From NCBI GenBank assembly GCA_963833985.1, contig CAWIAD010000001.1, forward strand, positions 1,856,001 through 1,920,000: a stretch of 64,000 nucleotides of DNA, given 5' to 3'. Shown one piece after another: positions 1 through 9,956 of the stretch. A model generated the notes under the pieces. It saw only the letters and a program-made list of their open reading frames with translations. It was not told where the DNA came from and made no database searches. The DNA comes from an uncultured Planctomycetaceae bacterium (GTDB taxonomy: Bacteria > Planctomycetota > Planctomycetia > Isosphaerales > Isosphaeraceae). The translations under genes and the position numbers were made by a program. How positions within the stretch are numbered: position 1 is the stretch's first letter; the number at the start of each line of letters is the position of its first letter.

Positions 1-1194
1 GACGGCGGCCGCCAGCGACAGCAGCTCCGGCTCTGTTGCGGGCGCCGCGGCCGGCCGCGCGGCATTGAGCAGCACCTCGGCGACCTCCGGCTCGCCATAC
101 GTCAAGGTTCCCGTCTTGTCGAACGCAACCACCCTGGCCGAGGCCAGTTGCTCCAGGAAGACGCCTCCCTTGATGAGCACGCCCTGGCGCGCTCCGGTGC
201 CCAGCGCGGCGACCAGGGTGACCGGGATCGAGATCATCAGCGCACAGGGCGAGGCCGCCACCATGAGCACCGTCGCCCGGGTGATCCAGGTGCTCCAGTC
301 CGCATGGGTGAGCAAGGGCGGCAGCACGGCCACGAGCACTGCGGCCAGCACCACCGTGGGGCTGTAACGCGATCCGAACCGCTCGATCAGCCGCTGGCTC
401 GTACCCTTCTTCTCCTGGGCCTCCTCGACCATCTGGATGATGCGCGAGACCGTGTTGTCGGCGAAGGTGCGCGTGGCCCGGACCTTCAGCGCGGCCAGCC
501 CGTTGATACTGGCGGCGAACACGGAATCGCCCGGAGACTTGACGACCGGCTGGCTTTCCCCGGTGATCGGCGCCTGGTCCACATCGCTTCGCCCCTCGAC
601 GACGACGCCGTCGGTGGCGACGGCCGCGCCAGGTTTGACGAGGAACACGTCGCCCACCGCGAGCGCCTCGACGTCGATCTCCTCGGTGTGCTCGCCCCGC
701 AGCACGGTCGCCGTCCGCGGCGAGAGCTTGACCAGGGCCTGAATCGCGGAGCGGGTCTTCCGTTCCGTGAAGTCCTGCGCGGCTTCCGAGATGGACGTCA
801 AGAAGACCAGAATGGCGCCTTCCTGCGCATGGCCGATGATCGCGGAGACGACGGCCGAGGCACTCATCAGGAAGTAGAAGCCGATCGACCCGTGCCTCAC
901 CAGGTCCACGATCGCCTTCCGGCCGAAATAAAAGGCCCCGGAGAGTATGGCAAGGAGGGCGCAGGCCTCGACCAGGCGGGGCGAGGCACCCAGGCTTCCG
1001 ATCAGCCAGCCAAGCAGGAGCAGCGTTGCGGAGGCCAGCGACGTCAGCAGCTTCGGGCTGCGCTGGCCCTGGTCGGGCAGTGCGGCCCGGTTGCCCGGCG
1101 CCGGCACGATCTTTGGCCGGCTTGCGACCAGATCGGTCCGCGCTTCTGCCACCGTGGCGACCGGCATCGTCACCACGCCATCGGCGTCCGCCAT
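1..1194 (-). CDS. Heavy-metal-translocating P1B-type ATPase (SPC motif, P1B-4-like), partial; 3' end runs off the window
   Basis: Not in the ORF track; translated by hand. ATG at 1194 with GGAGGA RBS. TGES actuator motif, transmembrane AASPCAL, LIKGG and DKTGT phosphorylation motif. Confidence 0.92.
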   Translation of the reverse strand, partial: MADADGVVTMPVATVAEARTDLVASRPKIVPAPGNRAALPDQGQRSPKLLTSLASATLLLLGWLIGSLGASPRLVEACALLAILSGAFYFGRKAIVDLVRHGSIGFYFLMSASAVVSAIIGHAQEGAILVFLTSISEAAQDFTERKTRSAIQALVKLSPRTATVLRGEHTEEIDVEALAVGDVFLVKPGAAVATDGVVVEGRSDVDQAPITGESQPVVKSPGDSVFAASINGLAALKVRATRTFADNTVSRIIQMVEEAQEKKGTSQRLIERFGSRYSPTVVLAAVLVAVLPPLLTHADWSTWITRATVLMVAASPCALMISIPVTLVAALGTGARQGVLIKGGVFLEQLASARVVAFDKTGTLTYGEPEVAEVLLNAARPAAAPATEPELLSLAAAV

Positions 1195-1624
1195 GGATTC
1201 TCCTCCCGGCCCCGTGCCGCGCCTGCGCCCGATCCGCGTATCAGGGACCGAGCGTCCGAGCCCTATCTTACCGCGGCCTGCATGGTCGTTGGGGATTCTT
1301 TCTGGAGTGGCCAGCGCCTGCGCCGGGGGCGTATTCCCGGCACGGCCGCTCGGGGGATCTTGATCGCACGCCGGCGATCGGGTCGTCTCCGTTGAACCTT
1401 TTTGACATGCGGATTTGAAATTCGGGGTGGATTGATGCCACAATAAAGGGTAGAGCACATCGTTGATCGATCCGGCTCTGGCTCTGGCATCGGTTCTCGG
1501 GCGCGGGTGGGGCCGGAACGGCCTCGTGATCCAGCACGGTCGGACCTGGCCGGAGACAGAGCGCCCGCCGCCATCTCACCGCACCAGGTGCGGCCGGGGA
1601 GGGAGGCAAAGGAGTGAGCGTGCC

Positions 1625-2968
1625 ATGGCCTCGCTGAGTCGCGACACCCCGCGCATCCTTGGTCCTCTGCCTGGCCCCCGCAGCGCAGCCTGGCTGGAGC
1701 GCGACCACCGAGTGATGTCGCCCTCGTACACGCGGGTCTACCCGCTGGTGGTCAAGCGTGCGCGCGGGGCGATGATCGAGGACATGGATGGCAATCGGTT
1801 CCTCGATTTCACCGCGGGCATCGCCGTGACCAACGTGGGCCATTCGCATCCCCGGGTGGTGGCGGCGATCGAGCGCCAGTGCCGCCGGCTGATCCACATG
1901 TCGGGGACGGATTTTTATTATGCTCCACAGGTGCGTCTGGCCGAGCAACTGGCCCGCCTGGCGCCCGGGCCCGACCCCAAGCGAGTGTTCTTCACCAACA
2001 GCGGGGCGGAGGCCATCGAGGCCGCGCTCAAGCTGGCACGCCGGCACACGGGCCGGAACCGCGCACTGGCCTTTCTGGGGGCCTTCCACGGCCGGACCTA
2101 TGGCGCGATGTCCCTGTCCGGTTCCAAGCCCATGCAGCGACGGGGGTTCGCGCCGCTGGTCCCGGAAATCCACCACGCCCGCTATGGCGATCTGGAGAGC
2201 GTGCATGCCCTGCTGAAAACGGTCTGCCCAGCCGACGAGCTGGCCGCGATCTTCGTCGAGCCGATCCAGGGCGAGGGGGGCTACATCGTCCCGCCCGACG
2301 ACTTCCTGCCTGGCTTGCGAAGGCTCTGCGACGAGTACCAGGTGCTGCTGGTGCTCGACGAGGTGCAGAGCGGATTTGGCCGCACTGGCAAGCATTTTGC
2401 TTCCGAGCACTGGGGCGTGGAAGGCGACATCCTGTGTCTCGCCAAGGGCATCGCCAACGGCCTGCCGCTGGGAGCCATCGTGGCACGCTCGACGGTGATG
2501 GACTGGCCCAGCGGCAGCCACGCCTCGACGTTCGGCGGCAACCCGGTGGCCTGTGCCGCGGCCCTGGCGACTTTGCGGTTAATCGAGCGCCGCTACTGCG
2601 CCAATGCCGAGGTCCGCGGGGCGCAGCTCTGTGCGGGTCTGCGGGGGTTGCTACACCAGCATCCCTGCGTTCGCGAGGTGCGAGGGAAGGGGCTCATGAT
2701 CGGCCTGGAAGTGCAAGACGAGGAGGGCCGTCCGGCGCCGCAGTTGCGCGACCGGATTGTCGATCTGGCGTTCCACCGGGGCTTACTTTTGCTCCCCTGC
2801 GGCGCCAGTACCGTGCGCTTCTGCCCGCCGCTCTGCCTGACCGCCCGCCAGGTTGAGACCGGTCTGGAGCTGTTCACATCGGCCCTGGCGGCAGCCGTGT
2901 CCGCGTCCGCGTCCGCCGGTCCGCCGGGCGCGGGGGTGCCCGAGGATGGCCTTGCGGCCACCGTTTAG
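1625..2968 (+). CDS. Class III PLP-dependent aminotransferase (4-aminobutyrate/acetylornithine/lysine 6-aminotransferase family)
   Basis: Motifs NSGAEAIE, FHGRT, EPIQGEGG, DEVQSGFGRTG, AKG, STFGGNP. ATG at 1625 follows GGAG. Confidence 0.92.
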   Translation: MASLSRDTPRILGPLPGPRSAAWLERDHRVMSPSYTRVYPLVVKRARGAMIEDMDGNRFLDFTAGIAVTNVGHSHPRVVAAIERQCRRLIHMSGTDFYYAPQVRLAEQLARLAPGPDPKRVFFTNSGAEAIEAALKLARRHTGRNRALAFLGAFHGRTYGAMSLSGSKPMQRRGFAPLVPEIHHARYGDLESVHALLKTVCPADELAAIFVEPIQGEGGYIVPPDDFLPGLRRLCDEYQVLLVLDEVQSGFGRTGKHFASEHWGVEGDILCLAKGIANGLPLGAIVARSTVMDWPSGSHASTFGGNPVACAAALATLRLIERRYCANAEVRGAQLCAGLRGLLHQHPCVREVRGKGLMIGLEVQDEEGRPAPQLRDRIVDLAFHRGLLLLPCGASTVRFCPPLCLTARQVETGLELFTSALAAAVSASASAGPPGAGVPEDGLAATV

Positions 2969-3006
2969 CGGCCGCGGTTCGGCCTGCATCATCGAGGAGG
3001 CACATC

Positions 3007-4433
3007 ATGTCCGTGGCCCTGGATGAAGCCGTTTCTGCCGGCTTCCAGTGGAAGCGCTGGCCTGAGACCGAGGAGATGGTCGATCGCTGGATCCGCCGCG
3101 CACTGGGCGATCACGCCTTCGCCGCCGATCTGGCCGTCCGGATGATCCGCGAGGCCGGCACGCCGATGAAGGTCTGGGTGGACCATCTTGTGCTCGCGGG
3201 CACGCGCGCCCTGGCCGGGACGCTGGCGGGGGCGGGTTACCAGCGGCAGAGCCAGAGCTATTCCGTGGGTGTCCCGGTGTATGCCCATTCCGGAGGCATC
3301 TTCCCGCGCGTCGCGCTGGTCCCTTCCACCGACGCCTGCGACGACGACGGGCTCGCCGCGGTTCAGAGACTGGCCATCAAGGTGGAGTCGGTCGCGGCCT
3401 TTTCCCGGGCACATGACCTGGGGCTGGAGATCCAGGGCTATCCGCTTGGGCCGTACCGCAGCGCACTCCTCCCGGGCGAGCGAACGGACCTGCTGATCGT
3501 CGAGCGCCGGGGGTACCTGGGCTTCGAGCCGTTTCCCGGCGAGCTGGCGCGAGAGGGGCGGATGAGCCCCCAGGCGGCGCCAACGCCCTGGCCGCGCGCG
3601 ACCTCTGGCTAGGCCGCCGCAGGCGGTTCGATGACGACGCGGACGGCATCAACGCGACCGAGGAAACGCTCGAGCGAATGATCGAGCTGGCGGGCTGCCG
3701 AGACCTGGCCTGCCACCTGGTCTTCGAGGTCGAGCGCGAGTACTGGCAGTCGCGCAACCGGGCGGCCCGGGTGCAGAAGGCGCGGCAGGATCGGCTGGGG
3801 CTGGGATGGGCCAACCACGATCATCACACCTTCCGCTGTTCGCGGCGCTTCTTTCCCCGCGTCATCGGCATGTTCACGCGGCTCGGCTTCGTACTCCGCG
3901 AGCGGTTCCACGCCGGTGCCCATGCCGGCTGGGGCGCCCAGGTGCTCGAGCATCCCACCACGGGCGTCGTCATCTTCGCCGACCTGGATCTGGCCCCCGA
4001 GGAAGCGACTCACGACTTCAGCAGCCAGGCCCTGGCGGACTTGCCCAGGCCGGGTACCGTCGGCCTCTGGGTGGCCCTGCACGGCGAATCGATCCTGGAA
4101 GCCGGGATGCACCACCTGGAGGCCCAGTTCGATTTCGACGCCCTGCGCGACGGCCTGAAGGCCGAGGCGAACATCGAGACCATGCCGCCCTTCTCCGATT
4201 TCCCGTTCCTGCGGCAAGCGTTCACGGCCGGTGAGCGCTGGGCCGTCTCGAAGCAGCGCGCTGACCGGGCGCTGGCGCTGGGCTGGATCGATGAGCCGCA
4301 GCACGCCCGGTTCCTGAAGGAAGGCACCATCGGCAGCCACCTGGAGAACCTCCAGCGCCGCGAGGGCTACAAGGGGTTCAACCAGCAGGCGGTCAGTGCC
4401 ATCATCGCGGCAACCGACCCGCGGCTGCACTGA
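3007..4433 (+). CDS. DUF1338/HglS-like VOC-fold metalloenzyme, about 475 aa, split by a frameshift near 3580
   Basis: ORFs 3007-3612 and 3678-4433 join with one added base. Motifs DHHTFR, WVALHG...MHHLE, FLRQAF, HLENLQR, GFNQQAVSAIIAAT. Confidence 0.65.
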
Positions 4434-4483
4434 TGGAGCCTCCTGGAACGCCCACAGACCGCAATCCGAGTGCGAGTGATCAC

Positions 4484-6126
4484 GTGACACGCACACAACA
4501 GGCTCCCGAGCGCAAGAGTCAGGAACCGGGCCGGCTGCGGCAAGAGACAATCGAGGTCCTCGCGCAAGAGGAAGGGCTACGCCAGGGCGGAGGCCCCGCG
4601 GCGATCGACCGCCAGCATGAGAAGGGCCGCAAGACGGCCCGCGAGCGGCTCGGCTTCCTGCTGGATGCGCACGCCCCGCAACTGGAGGTGGGCCTCTGGG
4701 CGGGGCACGACGTGTACGCGCAGTGGGGCGGCGCCCCGGCGCCGGCGTGCTCACCGTGCTGGGCTCGGTCGAGGGCCGGCGGGTGATGGTGGTGGCCAAT
4801 GATGCCACGGTGAAGGCCGGAGCGTGCTTTCCGCTCACCATCAAGAAGATCCTCCGCGCCCAGGCGATCGCGGGCGTGCACCGCCTTCCACTCATCTACC
4901 TGGTGGATTCGTCGGGCGTCTTCCTGCCGATGCAGGACGAGGTCTTCCCCGACGAGGATGATTTCGGCCGGATCTTCCGTAACAACGCCGTGCTTTCCGC
5001 CCAGGGAATTCCGCAGTACGCGGCGATCATGGGCAACTGCGTGGCCGGCGGCGCCTACCTGCCGGTGCTCTGCGACACGGTGCTCATGACCGAAGGATCA
5101 GGCCTGTACCTCGCTGGCCCGTCGCTCGTCAAGGCGGCGATCGGCCAGAACATTTCGAGTGAAGAGCTTGGCGGTGCCCATGTGCACGCGGCGTTCAGCG
5201 GCACGATCGATTACCGCGAGCCGGATGATGACGCCTGCCTGGTGCGGCTCAGGCGGCTGCTGGCGATGCTGCCGCCGGATCCGGCCCTGCCGGAGTGCCG
5301 GTCCTCCGCGCAGCCGCCCGCGCGTCTCCCGGCCGATCTGTACGAGGTCGTGAACACGGAGCCCTCCGCGCAGTACGACGTCCGCGACCTGCTGGCCTGC
5401 GTGCTCGACCGCGGCCCGTTCGACGAGTTCCGCGCCGAGTACGGCAAGACGATCGTGTGCGGGATGGGCCGCCTGGGCGGGATGCCGCTGGGCGTGGTCG
5501 CCAGCCAGCGACTGCGGTTCCGCGCCGAGGGCGGGCCGTTCCAGTTCGGCGGCGTGATCTACGCCGACAGTGCCGACAAGGCCGCCCGGTTCGTGCTGGA
5601 GTGCAACCAGGGCCGCCTGCCGCTCCTGTTCCTCCAGGACGTGAACGGCTTCGACGTCGGCCGCGACGCCGAGCGTAGTGGCATCATCCGCCGCGGTGCC
5701 AAGCTCGTCAGCGCGGTGAGCAACAGCACGGTACCGAAGATCACGCTCATCGTCGGCCACTCGTTCGGGGCGGGGCATTATGCCCTCTGCGGCAAGGCGT
5801 TCGACCCGCGCTTCCTGTTCGCCTGGCCGGGCGCGCGGTACGCCGTGATGGGCGCTCAGCAGGCCTCGCGCACCATGCTCGATGTGAACGTGGCCACGCT
5901 CCAGCGCCAGGGTAAGGCCGTTGATCAGGCCGAGCTCGACCGCATGACCGAGGAGCTGCGGCAGCGCTACGACCGCGAGACCGACATCCGCTATGCCGCG
6001 GCGCGGCTCTGGATCGACGCGATCGTCGAGCCGGAGCGAACGCGCGAAGTGCTGATCCAGGCGTTCGACCTCGCCACCCGCTGCCGCGACGTCACGCCCA
6101 TCACCACGGGCGTGTTTCAGGTCTGA
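4484..6126 (+). CDS. Acyl-CoA carboxylase carboxyltransferase (beta) subunit, methylcrotonyl-CoA carboxylase-like; frameshift near 4735
   Basis: GGG...RQHEKGRKTARER N-terminus, ANDATVKAGA, GNCVAGGAY, FLQDVNGF, C-terminal TGVFQV. Start is 4433 or 4484. Confidence 0.9.
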
Positions 6127-6300
6127 ACCGCTGATGTCAAGGGGTTGCTTGCGCGAGATCGTTGTTTCATGATGAGCGTAGCCGAAAAAGGTGCGTGCAT
6201 CGGTCTCACGAGGCAAGCCCAGAAGCCGACAAGGCAGTGCGTGACATCGCTTTCCAGTGGGACCAGTCCCCGCCGCTTCAAGAATCTCGGAGGACAGGAG

Positions 6301-6744
6301 ATGCCGGACACCGAAGAGCTGATTCGGGCACTGACTGAGCTGGATACGGCCACCCTGGAGGACGTGATCAACACGACGTTCGAGCGTCGTCGCGACCCGG
6401 TCCGGCCGGAACGGCCAGGCCCCGAGGAGGGCCCCGAGGCGTTCGCTCGCTGGCTTGCACAGCGTCACCTCGACACGGACACTTCGATCGAGCGAGTCGT
6501 GTACTTGCCGGCGGGTGCTCCAGCAGGCGAGATTCGACTGCTGGAGGTCAATCGCTTCCTTCATCCTCCGGACAAAGATGCCATTGAGCCTCTGGAATTC
6601 TCTTCCGGAGTTGAGGATCTACCATTCCGCGTGTTCGTCGCCGATATCACTCGAGACGAGTGGGAGCAGGTTCAACGTAGCCCCGAGCTGCTCGCGCGGA
6701 TCGGCTGGCAGTGGCAAGGTCACGAGGTCTACACGAGGGGCTAG
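6301..6744 (+). CDS. Hypothetical protein, possible degenerate minimal-nucleotidyltransferase-fold partner of the downstream HEPN-like gene
   Basis: ATG directly after AGGACAGGAG; 147 aa. Strand pattern IERVVYLP / EIRLLEV / FVADITRDEW. Its stop is 2 nt from the next start. Confidence 0.6.
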   Translation: MPDTEELIRALTELDTATLEDVINTTFERRRDPVRPERPGPEEGPEAFARWLAQRHLDTDTSIERVVYLPAGAPAGEIRLLEVNRFLHPPDKDAIEPLEFSSGVEDLPFRVFVADITRDEWEQVQRSPELLARIGWQWQGHEVYTRG

Positions 6745-6746
6745 GC

Positions 6747-7238
6747 GTGCTCAATACTGCAGAGCAGCTCTTCCTCCATCAGGCTCGTTCCGACTATGAA
6801 ATCTATCGTCACCTCGGTCGACGCAGTACTTGCCATCGTCTTCACTATCTTCAAATGTGCACCGAGAAGCTTGCCAAGGCCTATTTCTGGAAGGGTGGTC
6901 ATTCTCCTGGTCTGAAACACTTCGTCTTTGGGCCGCTGCTTCGCGACCTGGCGCTGCGCCCGGATTTCCATGAGATGTTCGGTTACCAGGACCGGCGTCG
7001 ATTCGATCTTCAAGAAGCCTCCATTCTGGACCTGGCGCGTCGGCTTCAGAATCTTGTCCCCGCAGGTGGGAACACCGGCCCCAACCCGGAATACCCCTGG
7101 CCTCCAAACATGCCGACAAGCGGACCGCTGAGCTACGACTTTCCCGAATGGCGAGACTGGATTGAAACAACTTCCGGACGACGATTGAGGACTTTTGTCG
7201 AGACCCTCTTGAAAGACTTCGAGTCGTACTTCCCCTGA
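6747..7238 (+). CDS. HEPN-like protein
   Basis: QARSDY...LQMCTEKLAKAYF...KH...EYPW resembles the HEPN pattern A-x-x-D...Q-x-x-EK-x-x-KA...H...RYP. GTG start; lower-GC codon usage. Confidence 0.62.
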   Translation: MLNTAEQLFLHQARSDYEIYRHLGRRSTCHRLHYLQMCTEKLAKAYFWKGGHSPGLKHFVFGPLLRDLALRPDFHEMFGYQDRRRFDLQEASILDLARRLQNLVPAGGNTGPNPEYPWPPNMPTSGPLSYDFPEWRDWIETTSGRRLRTFVETLLKDFESYFP

Positions 7239-7296
7239 TGCGTCCCATGCGCAGGCACAGGAGCGGAGAATCGTACCTCGTTCCGCGGAGCCAGTC

Positions 7297-8708
7297 ATGC
7301 CACGAGGCCCTGAACCCCCAATCCGCATCGGCAACGGCGCCGGCTTCTGGGGCGACAACCTGGACGCGCCTTACCTGCTGGCACGCGACGGCAAGCTCGA
7401 TGTCTTGACGCTCGAGTATCTGGCCGAGCTCACCCTGGCGATTCTCAGCCATCAACGGAGCAAGAACCCGCAGGCGGGGTTCATCAGCGACTTCCCGGAG
7501 ACGCTCGGACGGCTTGCGCCCTCATGGCGCAGCAAGACACGCTGCGGATCGTCACCAATGCGGGCGGGCTCAACCCGCAAACCTGCGCGGCCGCGTGCGG
7601 CCTGGTTCTGCTTGAGCCAGAGCTGCAAGCGCTGGCGGTCGGAGTGGTCACGGGTGATGATGTGCTGAAGCAGATTCCCGGATGGCTCGCGGCGGGCGTT
7701 GCGCTCGATCACCTGGAAACCGGCGAGCCGCTCACGATGGCATGCGATCGACTTCAGAGTGCCAACGTCTACCTCGGGGCCGAGCCCATCGCCGAGGCGC
7801 TGGGCGGCGGTGCGCGCCTTGTCCTGACCGGCCGCGTGGCGGATGCATCGCTCACGCTCGGCCCGGCGGCGTTCCACCACGGCTGGGCCTGGGACGACTG
7901 GAACCGGCTTGCGGGCGCCAGCGTGGCCGGGCATCTCATCGAGTGCGGGGCCCAGGCCACCGGGGGCCTGTGGCACCACTGGGATCAAGTTCCAGACCTC
8001 GCGGGAATCGGCTACCCGATCGCCGAGATCGCGGCCGACGGCTCGTCGCTGATCACCAAGCCCGACGGGACCGGAGGGCTCGTGAGCGTGGGGACGGTGA
8101 CCGAGCAACTGCTCTACGAGATCGACGACCCGGCCCATTACCGCACCCCTGATGTCGATGTGGACTTCACCACCGTGCGCCTCGGCGAGGACGGAGCCGA
8201 CCGGGTGCGCGTCCAGGGCGCCAGCGGGGGGCCGCGCCCGGACCATCTCAAGCTGGCAATCGTCTACCGCGATGGCTGGACCGCCAGCGGCATGCTGGCG
8301 GTGGTCGGCCGCGACGCCGAGAAGAAGGCGCGTGCGGCCGGCGCGATCGTCCTGGAACGTGTGCGCAGGGCGGGGTTCTCGTTTGCGGACTCGCTCATCG
8401 AGTGCTTCGGCGCCGGGGATGTGGTGCCGGGGGTTGGAGTGCCAGCCGAGAGCCCGTTCGAGGTGGTCCTCCGGGTCACGGTGCGCGATGTCCGCCGCCC
8501 GGCTGTGGAGCGTTTTTGCAGGGAGCTGGCGCCGCTGGTCACCGCCGGACCGCCCGGGATCGCGGGCTATGCGGCGGGCCGTCCCACGCCTCGACCCGCG
8601 TTCGGCTACTGGCCGGCCCTCGTGTCCAGGACCCTGGTGCAGGCCGCTGTCGAGGTACGTGCGGCGCAGGAGTGGACCCAGTTCACGGCACGCCCCGATG
8701 CGACCTGA
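7297..8708 (+). CDS. Acyclic terpene utilisation AtuA-family protein (DUF1446); frameshift near 7518
   Basis: IRIGNGAGFWGD, EYLAELT, NAGGLNP, GRVADAS, GHLIECGAQATGG, EQLLYEI. Confidence 0.9.
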
Positions 8709-8741
8709 GCATCGTTGCCAAAAGTGGGGGATTGATTCACA

Positions 8742-9098
8742 ATGGAGCTTGATGAGCGGACGGTCCGGCTGGGCGATCTCGCCCACGCTCGCAGCGGAGA
8801 CAAGGGCAACTCCGCGAACATCGGCGTGGTGGCCCGGGATGAGGCGAGCTTCCAGTGGCTGCGCACCCACCTCACCGGGGACGTCATTGCCGCGTATCTT
8901 CCATCGCTTCAAATCGGATCGGTCCGGAGGTATGAGCTTCCCCACCTGCGGGCATTCAATTTCGTGATCACGCACGCACTGGGCGGCGGGGCAAGCCGGT
9001 CCCTGCGGCTGGATACGCAGGGCAAGGCGCTGGGGACCGCGATCCTGGAACTGCGTTTACCAGCGCCCGCGAGCGCCCGCCCCCATTCCGGTTTCTGA
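8742..9098 (+). CDS. AtuA-related small (C-terminal-domain) protein
   Basis: AHARSGDKGN, ALGGG..RSLRLDTQGK. Confidence 0.85.
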   Translation: MELDERTVRLGDLAHARSGDKGNSANIGVVARDEASFQWLRTHLTGDVIAAYLPSLQIGSVRRYELPHLRAFNFVITHALGGGASRSLRLDTQGKALGTAILELRLPAPASARPHSGF

Positions 9099-9111
9099 CG
9101 GAGACTCCGCG

Positions 9112-9903
9112 ATGAGCGAGGCAATGGTCGGGCGGTCGGATGATGGCCCGGTCGCGATTCTCACGCTCCAGCGTCCGGAGCGGCGGAACGCCATATCGCG
9201 GTCGCTCATGCACGAGCTGGAGGACCAGCTCGACCGCGCCGGGCTTGATTCAAAGGTCCGCGCGCTGGTCCTGACCGGCGCCGGGGCTGTTTTCAGCTCG
9301 GGCATGGACCTGAAAGAGGCCGCCAGCGAGCGTGCCAGCGCCGAGGCCGAGCAAAACGCCGTGGCCACGCTTCAGGAGTATGCAGACCTGCTGCAGAAGG
9401 TGCACACGTTCGCCAAGCCGACGATCGCGGCACTGAACGGCGACACGCTGGCGGGTGGGGCCGGGCTGGCGATGGCCTGCGACCTCGTCATCGCCGCCGA
9501 GAACGCGCGGATTGGTTATCCCGAGGTGCTCCGCGGCCTCGTGCCGGCAGTGGTGATGCACGACCTGACGCGGCTCGTCGGCGACCGCCGCGCCCGGCAG
9601 TTGCTGCTCACCGGCGAGTCGATTTCGGCTGTGCAGGCTCAGCAGTGGGGGCTGGTGAACGAGGTCACGCCACCGGACCGCTGCCTGGAGCGGGCGATCC
9701 GGGCGGGCAAGGCCACGACCGCCTCGGCGCCGCACGCCGTTGCCGCCATCAAGCGCCTGCTCGATGAGACTCAGGGCCGCCCGCGCAGCCTGCGCGGTGC
9801 CGCGGCCGTGAGCGCGGCCATCCGCGTCTCTGAAGAAGCGCAGGAGGGCATCCTTGCGTTCGTCGAGAAGCGGCCTCCGCACTGGACCCAGCCTGGACCG
9901 TGA
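9112..9903 (+). CDS. Enoyl-CoA hydratase/isomerase (methylglutaconyl-CoA hydratase-like)
   Basis: RPERRNAIS, FSSGMDL, AGGAGL, YPEV, EGILAFVEKRPP. Confidence 0.9.
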   Translation: MSEAMVGRSDDGPVAILTLQRPERRNAISRSLMHELEDQLDRAGLDSKVRALVLTGAGAVFSSGMDLKEAASERASAEAEQNAVATLQEYADLLQKVHTFAKPTIAALNGDTLAGGAGLAMACDLVIAAENARIGYPEVLRGLVPAVVMHDLTRLVGDRRARQLLLTGESISAVQAQQWGLVNEVTPPDRCLERAIRAGKATTASAPHAVAAIKRLLDETQGRPRSLRGAAAVSAAIRVSEEAQEGILAFVEKRPPHWTQPGP

Positions 9904-9956
9904 CGCGTCTTGCCGGTCGCCGATTCTCAGCCGTCACAAGAGCCTGGAGCGGAGCG

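Noticed and set aside
1200..1460. NiCo or yybP-ykoY riboswitch upstream of the metal ATPase
   Set aside because: Consensus motifs were not found by eye on the minus strand.
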